From the NCBI GenBank assembly GCA_964016885.1, contig OZ024764.1, forward strand, positions 20,088,001 to 20,152,000: a stretch of 64,000 bases of DNA, in the 5' to 3' direction. The notes below the pieces were generated by a model. It had not been told where the DNA came from and searched no databases. It saw only the letters and a program-made list of their open reading frames with translations. Each line of letters begins with the position of its first letter. The first letter of the stretch is position 1. Below, in pieces: positions 39,282 through 53,811 of this stretch. The translations under genes were made by a program, and so were the position numbers. This stretch comes from Eledone cirrhosa (lineage: Eukaryota).

Positions 39282-41262
39282 TTTGTTACTAAATACTAGA
39301 TATTAGAGGGTCATGTTGTTCTAGATGTGCTGGAAGAGCCATTCCATCTCGTGAGGCTCACACCAGCAGCTAGCCACCTCAGCACCTATGGTGGTATATT
39401 TATTATATTATTTATTCTTTATCATTAACATTAATATAAAAGATAATTATATATTTTTAGAAAAGAACCTCTAACTTCATATAGCTTAGGACTTCAGTAG
39501 GTAAAAGTCTGCCCCTGCTTGCCTTATATTTTTTAGGGGAGAAGTTAGGGAATACTGTTATTGTGTGAAAGTTTTCTAAATCTTTTTAGCCACTAACATG
39601 GAGAAGATATTTCAGTAAGAAGGTTCACATCCTGACATCTATAGCTGTTAACAATGAGATTGGAATTCATTATTAAACAAATGTTATATCATCACTGTTT
39701 AACATCAGTTTTTCCACGCTGGCATGGGTTAGACGAGTTATCCTGTTGTAAGTAAGGCCAGGTCAGGTGAACATGTCTGGCTCCTACAGAACAAATTTTG
39801 GATTGGTTTCTACAGCTGGATGCCCTTCCTAGCACCAACCTTATTTACATTGAGTACTGGGTGCATTTTACCATCTCACCATCACGACCACTTTACAGTG
39901 TGGGCTGGGTGCTTTTTGTTGTGACACCTATATGACCACTTTACAGTGTGGGCTGGTTTCTTTTTGTCATATCACCTACATGACCAGCTTATAGTGTTGG
40001 CTGTGTGTTCTTTACAGTGTGGGCTGGTTTCTTTTTGTCATATCACCTACATAACCGCCTTATAGTTTTGGCTGTGTGTTCTTTGCAGTGTGGGCTGGTT
40101 TCTTTTTGTCATATCACCTACATGACCACCTTATAATGTTTACTGTGTGTTCTTTGTAGTCTAGGCTGGTTTCTTTTTGTCATATCACCTCCATGACCAC
40201 CTTATAATGTTTACTGTGCGTTCTTTGCAGTGTGGGCTGGTTTCTTTTTGTCATATCACCTACATGACCACCTTATAATGTTGACTGTGTGTTCTTTACA
40301 GTGTGGGTTGGGTGCTTTTTGTCATATCACCTACACGACCACCTTATAATGTTGGCTGTGTGTTCTCTACAGTGTGGGTTGGGTGCTTTTTGTCATATCA
40401 CCTACCCAACCACTTTGCAGTGTGGGCAGTGAAATATTAGTAATGCACCAGCTCCAATATTCAGTAATCAGAAGAAGGGAGGTAGGCATAAAAGCCAAAC
40501 TTGCTGTCTTCAATTAGGTTTTTGTGCCAACCCTTACCTATGGTCACATATCTTGGGTAATGACCAAAAGAATATGATTGCGAATACAAGTGGCAGATAT
40601 GGGATTCCTCTGAAGGGTCTTTGAAGGAACGTTTCTCAATAAAGTGCATACCTCTGAGATCAGAGAGTCACTCCAGGTGGAGCTGTTACTTCTCCTAATT
40701 GAGAGATCACAGCTGCAATACTATGGCCATGTGGTTAGAATGTCTGAGGAAAGAATCACTGGATAGATTTTACAGGCAAAACTAACCAGCAGGAGACCCA
40801 GGGGTAGACCTGAGCAAGATGGTCACATAACATCCATGAGCTTGGCTGGTCTCTCTGGGAGATCCAGCCAGATCAGTTGGAGTGGGTTGCTTCTGACAGG
40901 ACCTGTTGGAGGGAGTGTTTGAGGACTCTGCCCCCAAGACCCTCTCTGGAATGACTGGATTAATAAGAAGAGGTTGAGGTTACATAATCAACATCAGATT
41001 TCCCTGCTAGCAAGGGTTTAATGAGTCTACTTCAACCAAGTAAGTACTGAAGTGAGGCTACTGATCTCCCAGACAGACCAAGGATCTGAGACTTATTTAC
41101 ATATGGTCTCATTAGCTACTGAGTGCACAGAAAAGGTTGTCATGTTTTTGTCATGATTGAAGGGTTCTCCGACACTATTGTCGGGCAAGCTTTCTATGGC
41201 TAGATGTCCTTCACATGACCAACCACATTACAGCCTGTGTTGGGTGTGTTTATCATGTAGGT

Positions 41263-42929
41263 GAGGCATAACAAACTGAGGGTTCCCCAAGGGCCACATA
41301 GGTCACATGTGTTGTCTGATGGTTGCACAGTGCAATTAATTATGTACACAACAACTAATTAAAGTCATTTAATAAAATTTAATGCAGAAAGATTTGTTAC
41401 TTAAATTTTGAAACATACAATGTACATACAAATGTTTTAGCAGCATTCATGAATACAAAGTAATGAAGTAGTTTGACAAAAAACTAAAATTTAACATGTC
41501 AACATATACTTGCAGATTGTAACAGCAACAAATACATTGTACACAAATAACAACAGTTCAAAACTGAACATTTATTTGCTACTATTCAACCATTTTTAGT
41601 GTTTTGTCCTGAGGCTTGACACTTCTTTCTGTTGACTATTTTTGGTAAGTCTGGCTGAAATGTCTGTACAGTTTCAACTTTAATCAGAGATGACAAGTGT
41701 TGATCTGTCAGCCTTGTTCTCTGAGAAGTTTTTGTTAAGCTAAGTACAGACTCAGTATGGGCAGTGATTTTCAGCTCTTTGAAATTAAAAAAATGAATTA
41801 AATTTTCATCTGACAACGGAGACTTCCATAAGCTAAGTTTTCTAATGAAGAACTTGATGTCATCATACAACTGAGTGATGGGTTTGTTTTTACCTTGTAA
41901 TTTCAAATTAAGGTCAGTTAATTGTGCAGTAATATCCACAAATAAGCCAGATGTTGGAGCCAACTTTCATCTTTTATTTCATCTGTGTTTTGACTTTTCA
42001 TCTCTAAAAACATAATTATTTCAACAAATAGAATCTTTTCAGCACTTTGTGACATGTCAACCAGCAGACTTCTGTGTAGAATGGAACATCGGTGAACTGA
42101 TTATCCATATCTTCCAACAACTGGCTGAACTGACGGTGGTTGAGAGCACGGCCTCTGATTTAGTTCACTGTCTTTGTGACCAAGCTAAGCACATGATGCA
42201 ATTTTAAAATCTTTGAACATAAATTTTGCTTATGAATAATACAGTGAAAATGTGCAAATGATGAATCTAGATATGAGTTTTCTATTTTTGTTTGTAACTT
42301 GGCAGCAACACCATTATGTCTACCAACCATATTTGCAGCACTGTCAATAGATAAACATGCAAGTTTACTCAGATCAAAACGATGCAGACCTTGCTTGACC
42401 TTCTCAAAGATGTCCTGGCTTGTTATAGTGTCATGCATGGGGACCTGTTCAATCAGTTCTTCATAAATATTAAATTCACTGTCACAGGCCCTGATGAAGA
42501 ATGCAAGCTGTACTATTCCAGTGATGTCAACAGTCTCATCAATAGCAATAGAAACATGTTCAAACCTTGATGATACAGCCTTTAACTGTTGTTTCAGATC
42601 ACCTGACATTTCATTAATCTGTTCAGCAACAGTGTTCCTGGTTAATGAAATGTCTTTGAATAACTCTGCTTTCTCTGGACAATTTCAGCTGTTTTTACAA
42701 GACATTGCTTTACAAAATCTCCTTCACTGTAAGATTTCCCACTCATGGCAATTATTCAACTGAGTTCATAGTTTGCAGTAATGGAAGTGACATCCTCTTC
42801 CTGAATTAACATAAAACAGGTCTGTTGCTGTGTCAAGTTAGACTTCAATTCCCTAAGTCTTGAAACACACATTCGGCCTTCATATTTATCGTAAGATCGA
42901 TGGTTTGTTTCATAATGTCTTTTTAAATT
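41263..42929 (-). mobile_element. hAT paralog, truncated
   Basis: Same left flank and TIR as 27201; IAIDETVD..QLA.F.R, HCIIH.QNLC retained. Confidence 0.88.
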
Positions 42930-43996
42930 TAAAAATTATTTTTAAATAACTTTAAAGATAATTTTAAGGCAACATGACCCAACAGGTCGCGGCTGGTCAA
43001 GTTTGTTACTAAATACTAGATATTAGAGGGTCATGTTCTAGATGTGCTGGAAGAGCTATTCCATCTCGTGAGGCTCACACCAGCAGCTAGCCACCTCAGC
43101 ACCTATGGTGGGATATTTATTATATTATTTATTCTTTATCATTAACATTAATATAAAAGATAATTATATATTTTTAGAGAAGAACCTCTAACTTCATATA
43201 GCTTAGGGCTTCAGTAGGTAAAAGTCTGGCCCTGCTTGTCTTGTATTTTTTAGGGGAGAAGTTAGGGAATACGGTTATTGTGTGAAAGTTTTCTAAATCT
43301 TCAGCCACTAACATGGAGAAGATATTTCAGTAAAAAGGTTCACATCCTGACATCTATAGCTGTTAACAATGAGATTGGAATTCATTATTAAACAAATGTT
43401 ATATCATCATCACTGTTTTACATCAGTTTTTCCACGCTGGCATGGGTTAGACAAGTTATCCTGTTGTAAGCAATGCCAGGTCAGGTGACCACGTCTTGCT
43501 CCTACAGAACCAATTTTGGTTTGGTTTCTACAGCTGGATGCCCTTCCTAGCACCAACCTTATTTACATTGAGTACTGGATGCTTTTTACTATCTCACCAA
43601 CTCGACCACTTCACAGTGTGGGCTGGGTACTTTTTTACTTTTTGTCATGGCACCTACATGACCACTTTACAGTGAGTACTGGGTACTTTTTATCGTGACA
43701 CCTATGTGAAAACTTTACAGGGTGGACTGTGTACTTTTTGCCATGACACCAATGTGACCACTTTACAGTGTGGATTGGGTACTTTTTGTCGTGACACCTA
43801 CATGACCACTTTACAATGTGGAATGGGTACTTTTTGTTGTGACACCTACATGACCACTTTACAGTGTGGATTGGGTACTTTTTGTCATGACACCTACACA
43901 ACCTCTTTACAGTGTTGGCAGTGAAATCTAATGCACCAGCTTCAGTAATCAGAATATACATATACACACACACAAACACAAATATATATATATATT

Positions 43997-46060
43997 CAGT
44001 GGTACCTTGACTTACAAGTGTCCCAACTAATAAGTTTTTCGAGATACGAGCCCTCTTTCGGCTGATTTTTTGCGTTGAGTTCCAGAGTAAAATTTGGGTT
44101 ACGAGTCAGCTTCAGATGCCCCGCCACTAGTTGGCATAGTGACCGCCACAGGCAATCCGTAACACCCGCCCGGCATCCCATGACTTCGAAGAAAGTGAGG
44201 GCGAAGGACAGTTCTGAGAAGAAGAAGCAGATGATGTGTATTGAATTAAAGAAAGAAATTATAGAAAAACATGACCAAGGTGTGTGTAGTGGACTTGGTG
44301 AAGTAGTACGAGCGTGGCACTTCTACGATATGTACCATACTGAAGTAGAAGGACTTGATAAAGACTATAACCCCAGCTAAGGGTGGTAAAATAATTTCTA
44401 AATAGCGGACATCTATCCATGAAAATATGGAAAAGCTGCTGATGGTGTGGTTGACGGAGAAGCAGCTCGCAAGAGATACCGTGATGAAGATTATAATATG
44501 TGAGAAGGCACGAGCTATTTACGCTGATTTGCTGCAGCAGACCCCAGGTACTTCTACGGACGAGGCATCGGCAAGCCCTTTAATGCCAGTCGGGGTTGGT
44601 TTGAGAATTTTAAAAAGAGGACCGGCATTCACTCCGTTGTCAGGCATGGTGAGGCAGCGAGCGCGGATATGAAGGCAGCTGAGGATTACCTCAAAACCTT
44701 TCCCTGAATTATAGCAGCCAAAGGATACATCCCTCAGCAAGTCTTTAACTGTGATGAAACAGGACTTTTTGGGAAGAAGATGCCAAGGAGGACTTATATA
44801 ACGGCAGAGGAGAAGAGGATGCCTGGCCACAAACCCATGAAGGATAGGCTAACCCTCGCACTGTGCCACTGTGAACGTTGACTGTAAGATTAAGTTGCCA
44901 CTCGTTTATCATTCAGACAATTCCAGAGCCTTTAAGTCACATAAGATTCTGAGAGAAAAACTGCAGGTTATGTGGAGGGCCAACCCGAGGGCATGGGTCT
45001 CCAGGCAGTTCTTTGTGGAGTGGGTGAATTTGGTCTTTGGTCCTGACGTTAAAAGATATCTCCAGGAAAATAACCTACCCCTGTAAACCCTTCTTGTCCT
45101 AGACAGTGCAACTGCTCACCCACCTAACCTTGAAGAGTTCAAGTTTATAAAGGTCCTCTACCTTCCACCAAACACCACCCCTAACCTACAGACTAAGGAC
45201 CAGCAGGTACTTTCTAATTTCAAGAAGCTCTTCACCAAGCACCTGTTCAGTCGCTGCTTTGAAGTGACGGAGAGCACAAACCTCAACCTTGAGAGGTCTG
45301 GAAAGACCATTATAACATCGTGATATGCCTCAGAATTATCGATATGACCTGCCAGGGTCTTACAAAGAGAACCTTGACCTCTACATGGAAGAAGCTGTGG
45401 CCTGAGGTTGTGTCTAAAACAGACTTTGAAAGACTCGAACCCGAAGCGGCAGTGGTGGAGGAGATTGTACCCCTCGGTAAGTCCATGGGCCTGGACATGG
45501 CTGAAGGTGACATCAACGAGCTCATCAAGGAGCACTCCGAGGAAATGACAACGAAGGAATTAAAGGAGCTACAGACACAGCAATACACGGAGTTTTTGCA
45601 GGAAATAGGTGACACAGAGGAGGTTATCTCAACAAGTGAGATGAAACAAACCCCATTAGACAGGTTCTTATCGAAAATCCCTGCAGATAAAAATGAGGAA
45701 AGCGTGACGAAAAGGGCAAAAATCAACGAATAAGATTCAGTTATTCAGTTCATCCTTTCTCCTCCGTCAACATCCTCAAGTCGTCTGATCTCCAAGATAG
45801 ATGCTGTACATTATACTTAATAAAACCAGTTTATTGTAGTACATTCTATTGTATTGTTTTTTTATATACAATATTTGTCATTTATAAGTACATTTTTCTT
45901 ATTTAAAAACACGTAACAAAACAAACTGGTTTTGGGAGTCTGGAACGGATTAATGGCATTTTATTTTATTTCAGTGGGGAAAATTGATTTGACATACGAG
46001 TAATTTAAGTTACGAGGTCCTCCACGGAACAAATTAAACTCGTAAGTCAAGGTACCACAG
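43997..46060 (+). mobile_element. Tigger/pogo DNA transposon, degenerate transposase ~44179-45733
   Basis: TIRs CAGTGGTACCTTGACTTAC / GTAAGTCAAGGTACCACAG in (TA)n; IELKKEII, MEKLLMVW, VFNCDETG, WRANPRAWV, YLPPNTT. Confidence 0.92.
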
Positions 46061-46086
46061 TGTATATATATATATATGAAGGAACG

Positions 46087-46252
46087 ATCGACTTTCGTCA
46101 AATCGGACCGAGGAAGCAATGTTTCCATTGGTCTTTCCAAATGCTAGTACTAACGGTCGCAACTCCAGGTAGAAGGAACAACGTGATATAAAGTGTCTTG
46201 CTCAAGGACATAACGCATCGCCTGGTCCAGGAAGCGAACTCACAACCTCAAG
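46087..46252 (-). mobile_element. tRNA-derived SINE, 5'-truncated
   Basis: Reverse complement of ~29900-30069. Confidence 0.8.
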
Positions 46253-46329
46253 ATATATATAGTTAAATATTAGACAGGAACAAAAAACAGAGGCAGTGCA
46301 AATGGTAGTTTTTACCGAGAGAGAGAGAC

Positions 46330-49300
46330 AGACAAATACATCTATACCTCTACTACTGTCAAACATAAAACATATGTAAGGAAAGAGAACTCTCGTTTCA
46401 TTCCCCTCTTCTTTTTGACATACATTCTTTAGATACTTTGTTCAATGGAATCTACTTTATTTTGTGTCCTAAGTAGATTTCTGTTTAAGTATTTACGATA
46501 TTCACAATGATTCACGTAACCAAGTTACTTACATAGAGATATATTTCACATAGAATCACAACAAATGAAAATATTAAGTCAACACTCTGTCAATCAGTCT
46601 CACATCACATGGGGGTGCCGGAGTCTCCCTCTAATACTTTCTGAGACAGTCTTACCTCGAGTGATAGCAAGGCTAAGATGTTGGAACTACCAAACACCCT
46701 CATATGTATCACCTGACACCTCGGTAAGGAGAGCTGCCAACGATAACAAGAACCTCGTTGTCAGGGACCTATCTCCTCCAAACTTCTCCAACACCACAGA
46801 CTAGAATATTCTACTCTTTATTCCCTATCAAATATATTTCAGTCTAGTCATTTATCTTGTGTCTTGTATATGTATTTTGAAAACTAACTGTCACATTTGT
46901 GAGACCCCAGTTAGTGATGTTTTCGTCTCCCTCCAACATCCTACATGCTGTAGTAAAAGTGAGGGTCACTGCTTCCGTAGACGAACGAAATAAAAGTTCA
47001 ACTACCAGTAATTATCGGCAAAGTATTTATTCCAGTCTGTGATGTTTGAGAAGCTGGGCTGCTGACAACGAAGTTGTTGTCACTGTTGGCGGCTGGCTTT
47101 ACCGAAGTACCCGATGACTCTTGTGAGGGTACTTAGCTGTTCTGGTGGTTTAGCCTCCACGTGACCCGATCTTACCGAGATACCCGGTGATCTCTGTCAG
47201 AGTACTTAGCTATTCTATTTTAATTTCATTTACTGATTTCAACTTCATTTTTTTATTACAAACTTTACATAATTTAATTCGGTAAAAATATTTTACGTCA
47301 CAAAAAAACTTGACCTTTGACATTGAAGCATGCGCAGTGGTGCAGTTGTCGACTTCCTGTCCACGTGTTAGTCTTCCTACAACATCATTTAGACAACATT
47401 TCTGTAAATCCTAAACACCTGAGACTATAATGTAAGTATTATGTCTATTAATATTGTAGATTTAAGCTCACTTTTCACATCACAAATATATATTTTCTTG
47501 TTTGTTTCATTACTGGAAATATAAAATGTTATCGTAATTATCTATATTTTACCTACCTCTAATTAATTAAAGTGAAAACTTTTGTTGTTGCTGAAAAATA
47601 AATTAACAAAACTAAATATTTAAATATTCTAAAGGTCGTTTTTATATTATGTGATGATATAATTAATATATTTTATTACAATTGTATAAATTTACAGTAG
47701 AATAACGTTGTAAATATGTTTTAAATATATACATAAATAACGTAAGTGTGTAAATAACATTATAAATTGCTGGCAATTCCTTGAGAAAGACATTACAAAT
47801 ATATTGTCTAAACTGTGTATAATAATATAATTTATTGAACAATAATCATAAAGGAAAGAAAAACACAGTGGGAGATGGCATTTGACCACCAAGTGTGATA
47901 ATAGGTCACACCTCACACTTTAGGGGTTAACTACACACTTTGAGGCAAGCCAACACACTGGCAGCATTACTAAGGTGTTGAAATAACCAGGTACCCTCAC
48001 GGGTATCACCTGACACCTCGGCAAGGTGAGGCTAAGGTGCTGAAATAATCAGGTACCCTCACGGGTAGCACCTGGTACGTCGGTAAGGTGAGGCTAAGGT
48101 GTTGAAATGACCAGGTACCCTCACGGGTATTGTCTGACACCTCAGTAAGGTGAGGCTAAGGTGTTGAAATGACCAGGTACCCTCACGGGTATTGTCTGAC
48201 ACCTCAGTAAGGTGCTGAAATAACCAGGTACCCTCACGGGTAGCACCTGGTACCTTGGTAAGGTGAGGCTAAGGTGTTGAAATAACCAGGTACCCTCACG
48301 GGTATCACCTAACACCTCGATAAGGTGAGGCTAAGGTGCTGAAATAACCAGGTACCCTCACGAGTATTTTCTCTGGACCCCTCAGATACTTGCAATAGAC
48401 GTTTTATTCCCCAGTATTAGGGTTAGGGTTTCCGTTTTCAGGAAGAATAGTCGATTGCAAACATCTAAGAGGTCTAGAAATAAAATTAAGGAAAGATAAT
48501 TATTTCCCAGCCAACTGGAGAAGTGTGTAGCTCTTCTAAACTCTGATAATCCTGTCTCCCACTTCTTTATCTACAAGTCTAGTCGTTTCCTGCTACTTTG
48601 AAGGCCCTATTAGGGTTAGGGTTTCCCTTTGAAGGTAAATTGTGAATCAGTTATTTTTAAACAAACTATCAAAGAAGTGATCTCACAGTAACTGTGTTGG
48701 ATTCAATCAACTTATTCCCCCTAAACATTGTCGACCTTGTGTCTAAATCAGAAACTATTATTAGATCTTAGATCAACCCCGTAAAGATGAAGGGCAAAGC
48801 TAACCTCGGCGGGATTTCAACCCTTTATGTTATGAGTTCAAATCCCACCAAAGTTAACTTTGTCTTTCATTCTAACGGGGTGGATAAATTAAAGTTCCAG
48901 TAATCTACTGTGGTTTGAGATATTAAGGTTTGAGTAGATTCTATCTTTTTGTGTGTTTGTATTTATAATCTTACTAGAACACCTGTGACCTGTTGGGTCA
49001 CGTTCCCTTTAAAAATAATGTTTAAATAATTAAAATATACACAGACATGTCTATAATCTAAAATGAAATTAGTAGGTAGGCCCATGTATATATATATATA
49101 TGCGTGTGTGTATATATATATGTGTGTGTGTGTATATATATATGTCACAGACACACACACACAAGTCGCTTGTTATAATTTTAAAATTTCGTTCAACAAC
49201 ACCAACAGCTCTCTCTCTCACACACCCATTATCTTTCTCTCTCTATTTATGAAGGTACCAGAAAAACCCATATCTCGGGAACCTGTGCTTTGATCTACGT

Positions 49301-49450
49301 GAAACTTATTTTATCCCATCTGTATTCCCATTTCAGGGTCAACTTCCTTTCAAACTATTTCTCCATTATGCCCCGTTTTGGCTGTATTACATTACAGACG
49401 AGACACAATCACAGAGTTTTAGGTTTATAATGTGTGGTTAGAAAAAGCTA
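46330..49450 (+). repeat. Duplication block: Merlin derivative copy 4 (promoter 47293-47437; ~7 x 62-bp repeats 47970-48362), partial MITE, SINE pieces, Helitron, LTR stub
   Basis: Collinear with 5240-8895 apart from deletions. Confidence 0.88.
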
Positions 49451-50798
49451 TACCCTGCTTGCAAGGGTGGGACGGGAACTGATACTGGCTTGATTTCTAC
49501 AGCTGGATGCCCTTCCTAACACCAACCTCATTTACAGTGAGTGCTGGGTGCTTTTTCGTGGCGCCTACACGTCCACTTTACAGTGTGGGCTGGGTGCTTT
49601 TTTGCGGTGGGGGCATATTGTCTATATGCTTCAGCTTGTACCCATGGGAGGTCGGGTACTCTGTATTACTGCGTGACGCCAGAGGTCACGATCGTGTGTC
49701 ATTGCCTTTGAGAGGTGTAATTGGGTAAGCTCGGCTTCTATCTACTGTACTATTCCATCACCAAGGCAACATTCATCTGGCTGGCAGCTTACATCAACTA
49801 CAGATCTCATCAGTGGTTCACAACAGGCTGTCTGAAAGAGACTTCCAGATATCTTCAATGTCATAGCTATCAATCTCCTCCTCCTTATCATATGTATCAT
49901 GTAGAACATCTCTGAATTTATATTTAACAGGGAGATGTTTTACTGTCCCTACCTCTTTCTCTAGGTTGTCTTGTACCTCTCTCACAGTCCCTCTAGATCT
50001 TATATTTAACAGGGAGATATTTTACTATCCCTACCCTTTTCTCTAGGTTGTCTTGTACCTCTCTCACAGTCCCTCTAGATCTTATATTTTACAGGGAGAT
50101 ATTTTACTCTCCAGATAGTCTTGTATCTGTCAGTCCCTCTAGATCTTACACCTAGTATCTAGTCTATGTTGAGTGGTACGTCCTTCTCCAGTAAAGGAGT
50201 TAATATTCCCAACCATCTGTCTATCCTGTTTTCTGATGAGAATGAAGTCAATCTAGTTTATCTCTTCACCTGATTGAAGTAACTAGATCAAGTAACTAGA
50301 TGTTTTCCTGTAAGTTAGTGTTGCAGTGTTTGTGTCACCATGTAAGGTTTATATCTATTAATATAGAGATGTAGTAAAGTTTTCACTGTTGTATCTCTAT
50401 TTTCTAAATATCTTAATAATGTTTCTCTACTATTTCAGAATATCACATGACCTTGACAGAAAAGAGTCTTTTAAAGACAACAGAAAGATGTTACATACAA
50501 GTGATATAAACTTGTTTAGTCTGTGGTGAATTATGGTGAAATATTTCTTCTGAATTGAGATAAATAACAACATATTCCTTTTTCACTGTTTGGAATATTT
50601 ACAAGATGATTTTACATTCTGATTAAACTTTGGATATTTACAAAGGAGTTTTCAAAGTATTTGGATATTGACAAAGATCACATTTGGTAAAATTATGAAC
50701 AATAGAAATATTTACATCAACATAGGAATATTTTCCAGAAGAGATGGGAAAATCATTATACCACTGTAATATTTGTGGTAAAGTATTCTCTATTCTTT

Positions 50799-51755
50799 AC
50801 TAGACATGAAAAATGCGCAAGCTCAAAAGTGCCACAGAATGTTATAATAAACCTTCAAAAGTGTGGGACTAGAGTTGTTGCTAAAAAATATTGTAATCAT
50901 TATATATCGTACAATCTGTGGCATCCTTTATAAAAATAGCTTAAACCAACGAAGCCTTTATTTTTACGCTATTTCACTTAGTTAATTCTTAGAGTGTAAC
51001 ATATAAAAATATGATTTACAACTATAAAATAAATTAATTAATATAATAACAGAGCTGCGGAGCTGAAATTTAGGAAATAATGGAGTATCGGATCCTGAGT
51101 TGGAGCCAGTCATTTTTTGGCCGACTCCGCAGCCCTGTATAATACATTTCATATTAAAGTTATTAATAAACCTATTTTACACTGCATGCAAATTACCATG
51201 AGATATTGATATTAGATATAAGATACAGCGCAATATCTACAGCTGTAAAAGTACGAAAGCGAAGTAATAATAAGTGGCTTAAGGTAATTCCAATATGAAA
51301 GTTTGTAGTGATAAAAATTTGATAATGCAATACGATTGTTAATATTATAGTTCTATGAAAATGTAACAATAGATAACTAAATTATTTTACTATTAGTATA
51401 TTTAAGAAATTATCATTATAGATTTGATCGTTCATATAAGCATCATATTAAGTTTCAACACAATTATTTTGTTACTATGAGTATATGATAATAATATTAC
51501 GTAATTATTTATAGCTGTTATTACATTAAACATAGATGTATTTATTTTTATATGTTACACTCTAAGAATTAACTAAGTGAAATAGCGTAAAAATAAAGGC
51601 TTCGTTGGTTTAAGCTATTTTTATAAAGGATGCCACAGAATGTACGATATATAATGATTACAATATTTTTTAGCAACAACTCTAGTCCCACACTTTTGAA
51701 GGTTTATTATAACATTCTGTGGCACTTTTGAGCTTGCGCATTTTTCATGTCTAGT
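50799..51755. repeat. ~213-bp near-perfect inverted repeat with ~530-bp spacer
   Basis: Arms 50799-51011 and 51543-51755; one mismatch seen. Confidence 0.93.
51050..51137. mobile_element. 88-bp hAT-type MITE
   Basis: CAGAGCTGCGGAG...CTCCGCAGCCCTG; TSD tataataa/tataatac (7 of 8 match). Confidence 0.7.
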
Positions 51756-52349
51756 TTAATATTTTTTTAAGGCAACGCTTGTAATAACTCTAGTTAAACA
51801 GGATATATATTAATAATAAATTATCGTTGTAATGTAATTAGATTATGTAATTGTTATTATAAATTATCTTATAAATATTAGTGTAAGATGTATAAAAATA
51901 TTTTCATACTTTTAATATAAACAACTACAAAAAACAATCAATATTAAATCAATATATTATACATAATAGAAAACATAAAATAAACAATACAAAAACAAAA
52001 TATTTACATACAATTGCAATTATCAGTGTATATACATTTTCTTTATATTCCCTGAGCAAATTAATAAGATTTGTTTTTATTGTACATAATTTGATGACTT
52101 GTTGGAGTGTATTAAAAGATAGCAACAATTTGTGATTAAATTGTTATCTTAAGCAACTCACTTTTTAATAGTTGTTGGCTGAGCGAAATTGTAAAAGCCT
52201 ATGAGCAAATATAAAAAAAAATACACAAACAACATTTCCTTGTGTTATTACAACATTAGATAAAATAATTGAGCAATGTCGTTATATTTTGCTCTTATTG
52301 CACATTAATAGTGTTTCTATTTTTCGGCACAAATCCATTACGGCAGTCC

Positions 52350-52476
52350 ATTACTGGTACTTTATTTTATCGAATTAGTAAGTATGAAAGTCGAAGTTAA
52401 CCTCGGCAGGATTTGAACTTAGAATGCAAAGGACCATAACAATACTGCAAAGCATGGTGTCTGACGCTCTACCAAT
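52350..52476 (-). mobile_element. SINE fragment
   Basis: tactggtactttattttatcga...aacctcggcaggatttgaact...gacgctctacc, reverse of a tRNA-like head plus body. Confidence 0.65.
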
Positions 52477-52947
52477 ACTTGTGTTGAGCTGGTCATTAAT
52501 TTATGGTGGTCGTGCGTGGAGTAGAGCAATCGCTAGTTGAAATATTATGAACAAAACATTTTTATTTGCCGAAGAACATATTTTCAATACTGTTTGTGAA
52601 TGTGACAAAGGAAATACATTCTGATATGGAACAGTGTACAAAGTGTGTCTGTGAATAACATAATGTTACCTCATGTTGTTGTCAAGACATAATGGATTTC
52701 GTATATCCAGTTAGAAGATGAAACCTAGCCATCTCGGATTAGTTATATTTCATGCCATGTGTAAACGTGTTTGAGGATAGCAAAATATGCGTGTTTCTTG
52801 TCTGGAAACTTTCTGCTAAACTGATTGGTTTCGTTTTTGGCACTATACAATACTCATCCAACAGATAGCTGTATTGGATCCTTGATTGGTTAATATTTAG
52901 GTGAGGGTGCTTGATGCAGAGTTAGTGCAAAATGGATCAATGAGTGT

Positions 52948-53600
52948 AATAATAATAATGATAATAATAATGAAAATATTGTGTACAATGCTGAGGTGCA
53001 CTACAACTCATCAAAAGTGCATATATAATACATAGGGTAATATAAAAACGTCAGGAAAAAAGAACAGTGCATGAGTCATGATATACACATATGTGCATGT
53101 GTATGGAAGGGGGACATCAGGTGTAGTTTTGGTGTATTTCGGAATGTATGATGGTTTTAAAGGATGCAGTGTGTCATCAGCTAACAACTGATGCAGGAAG
53201 TTTGTTCCATCCTTCAGCAACTCTGAGCATGAAGAAATATTTCCTAAAGTCATGGGAGCTGTGTTGTTTTCTGACTTTGTAGGCATGTCCACGTGTTAGA
53301 CACATGGAGATCAAAAAGGTGTTCGAGGTTGTTGTTGGTCGGATGGTTAATAACTTTGTGGGTGTTTACCAAGTCCATTGCCAGAGGGAAGCAAAATATT
53401 CAGGGTATGGTAGGTGTCTGATGGAGGGTATGCGTTTGGTTGCATGTCTCTGAACAGTTTCCAGGAGGTCAATGTTCTGAGCAAGATAGGGGTTCCAGAC
53501 TGATGACGCGAACTCCAAGTGTATTCGTACCATAGATGTATACAGCTTTAAATAGATGGTTGGAGAGCAGCTAATGAAGGTCTTGCTGATTGATGCCAAG
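52948..53600 (-). mobile_element. CR1-type LINE 3' fragment
   Basis: LYTSMVRIHLEFASSVWNPY..IDLLETVQRHATK; (TTA)n tail at 52948-52970. Confidence 0.82.
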
Positions 53601-53811
53601 TCAATCTTAATAAATTGACTGATTTATCTGTTCACTACTGCTAATCCACCGCTGTTTGTACAATTTTTTAGATAATGTCAATTTGAGCTTGAATCATTGG
53701 CGTAATGAAATTTGAAAAGATTATAAGCAAATCTTTTTTAAAATACACAGACAACATTTAACTGTATCGTTGCAACATTAGATCTAATAATGGAGCAACA
53801 TTTGTGCAGAA

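Noticed and set aside
47970-48362. Hairpin-containing 62-bp repeats as a CRISPR-like array
   Set aside because: Units are contiguous near-identical copies without variable spacers.
48415-48433. Interstitial telomere or telomerase healing
   Set aside because: Only two TTAGGG units, internal to the MITE and present in paralogs.
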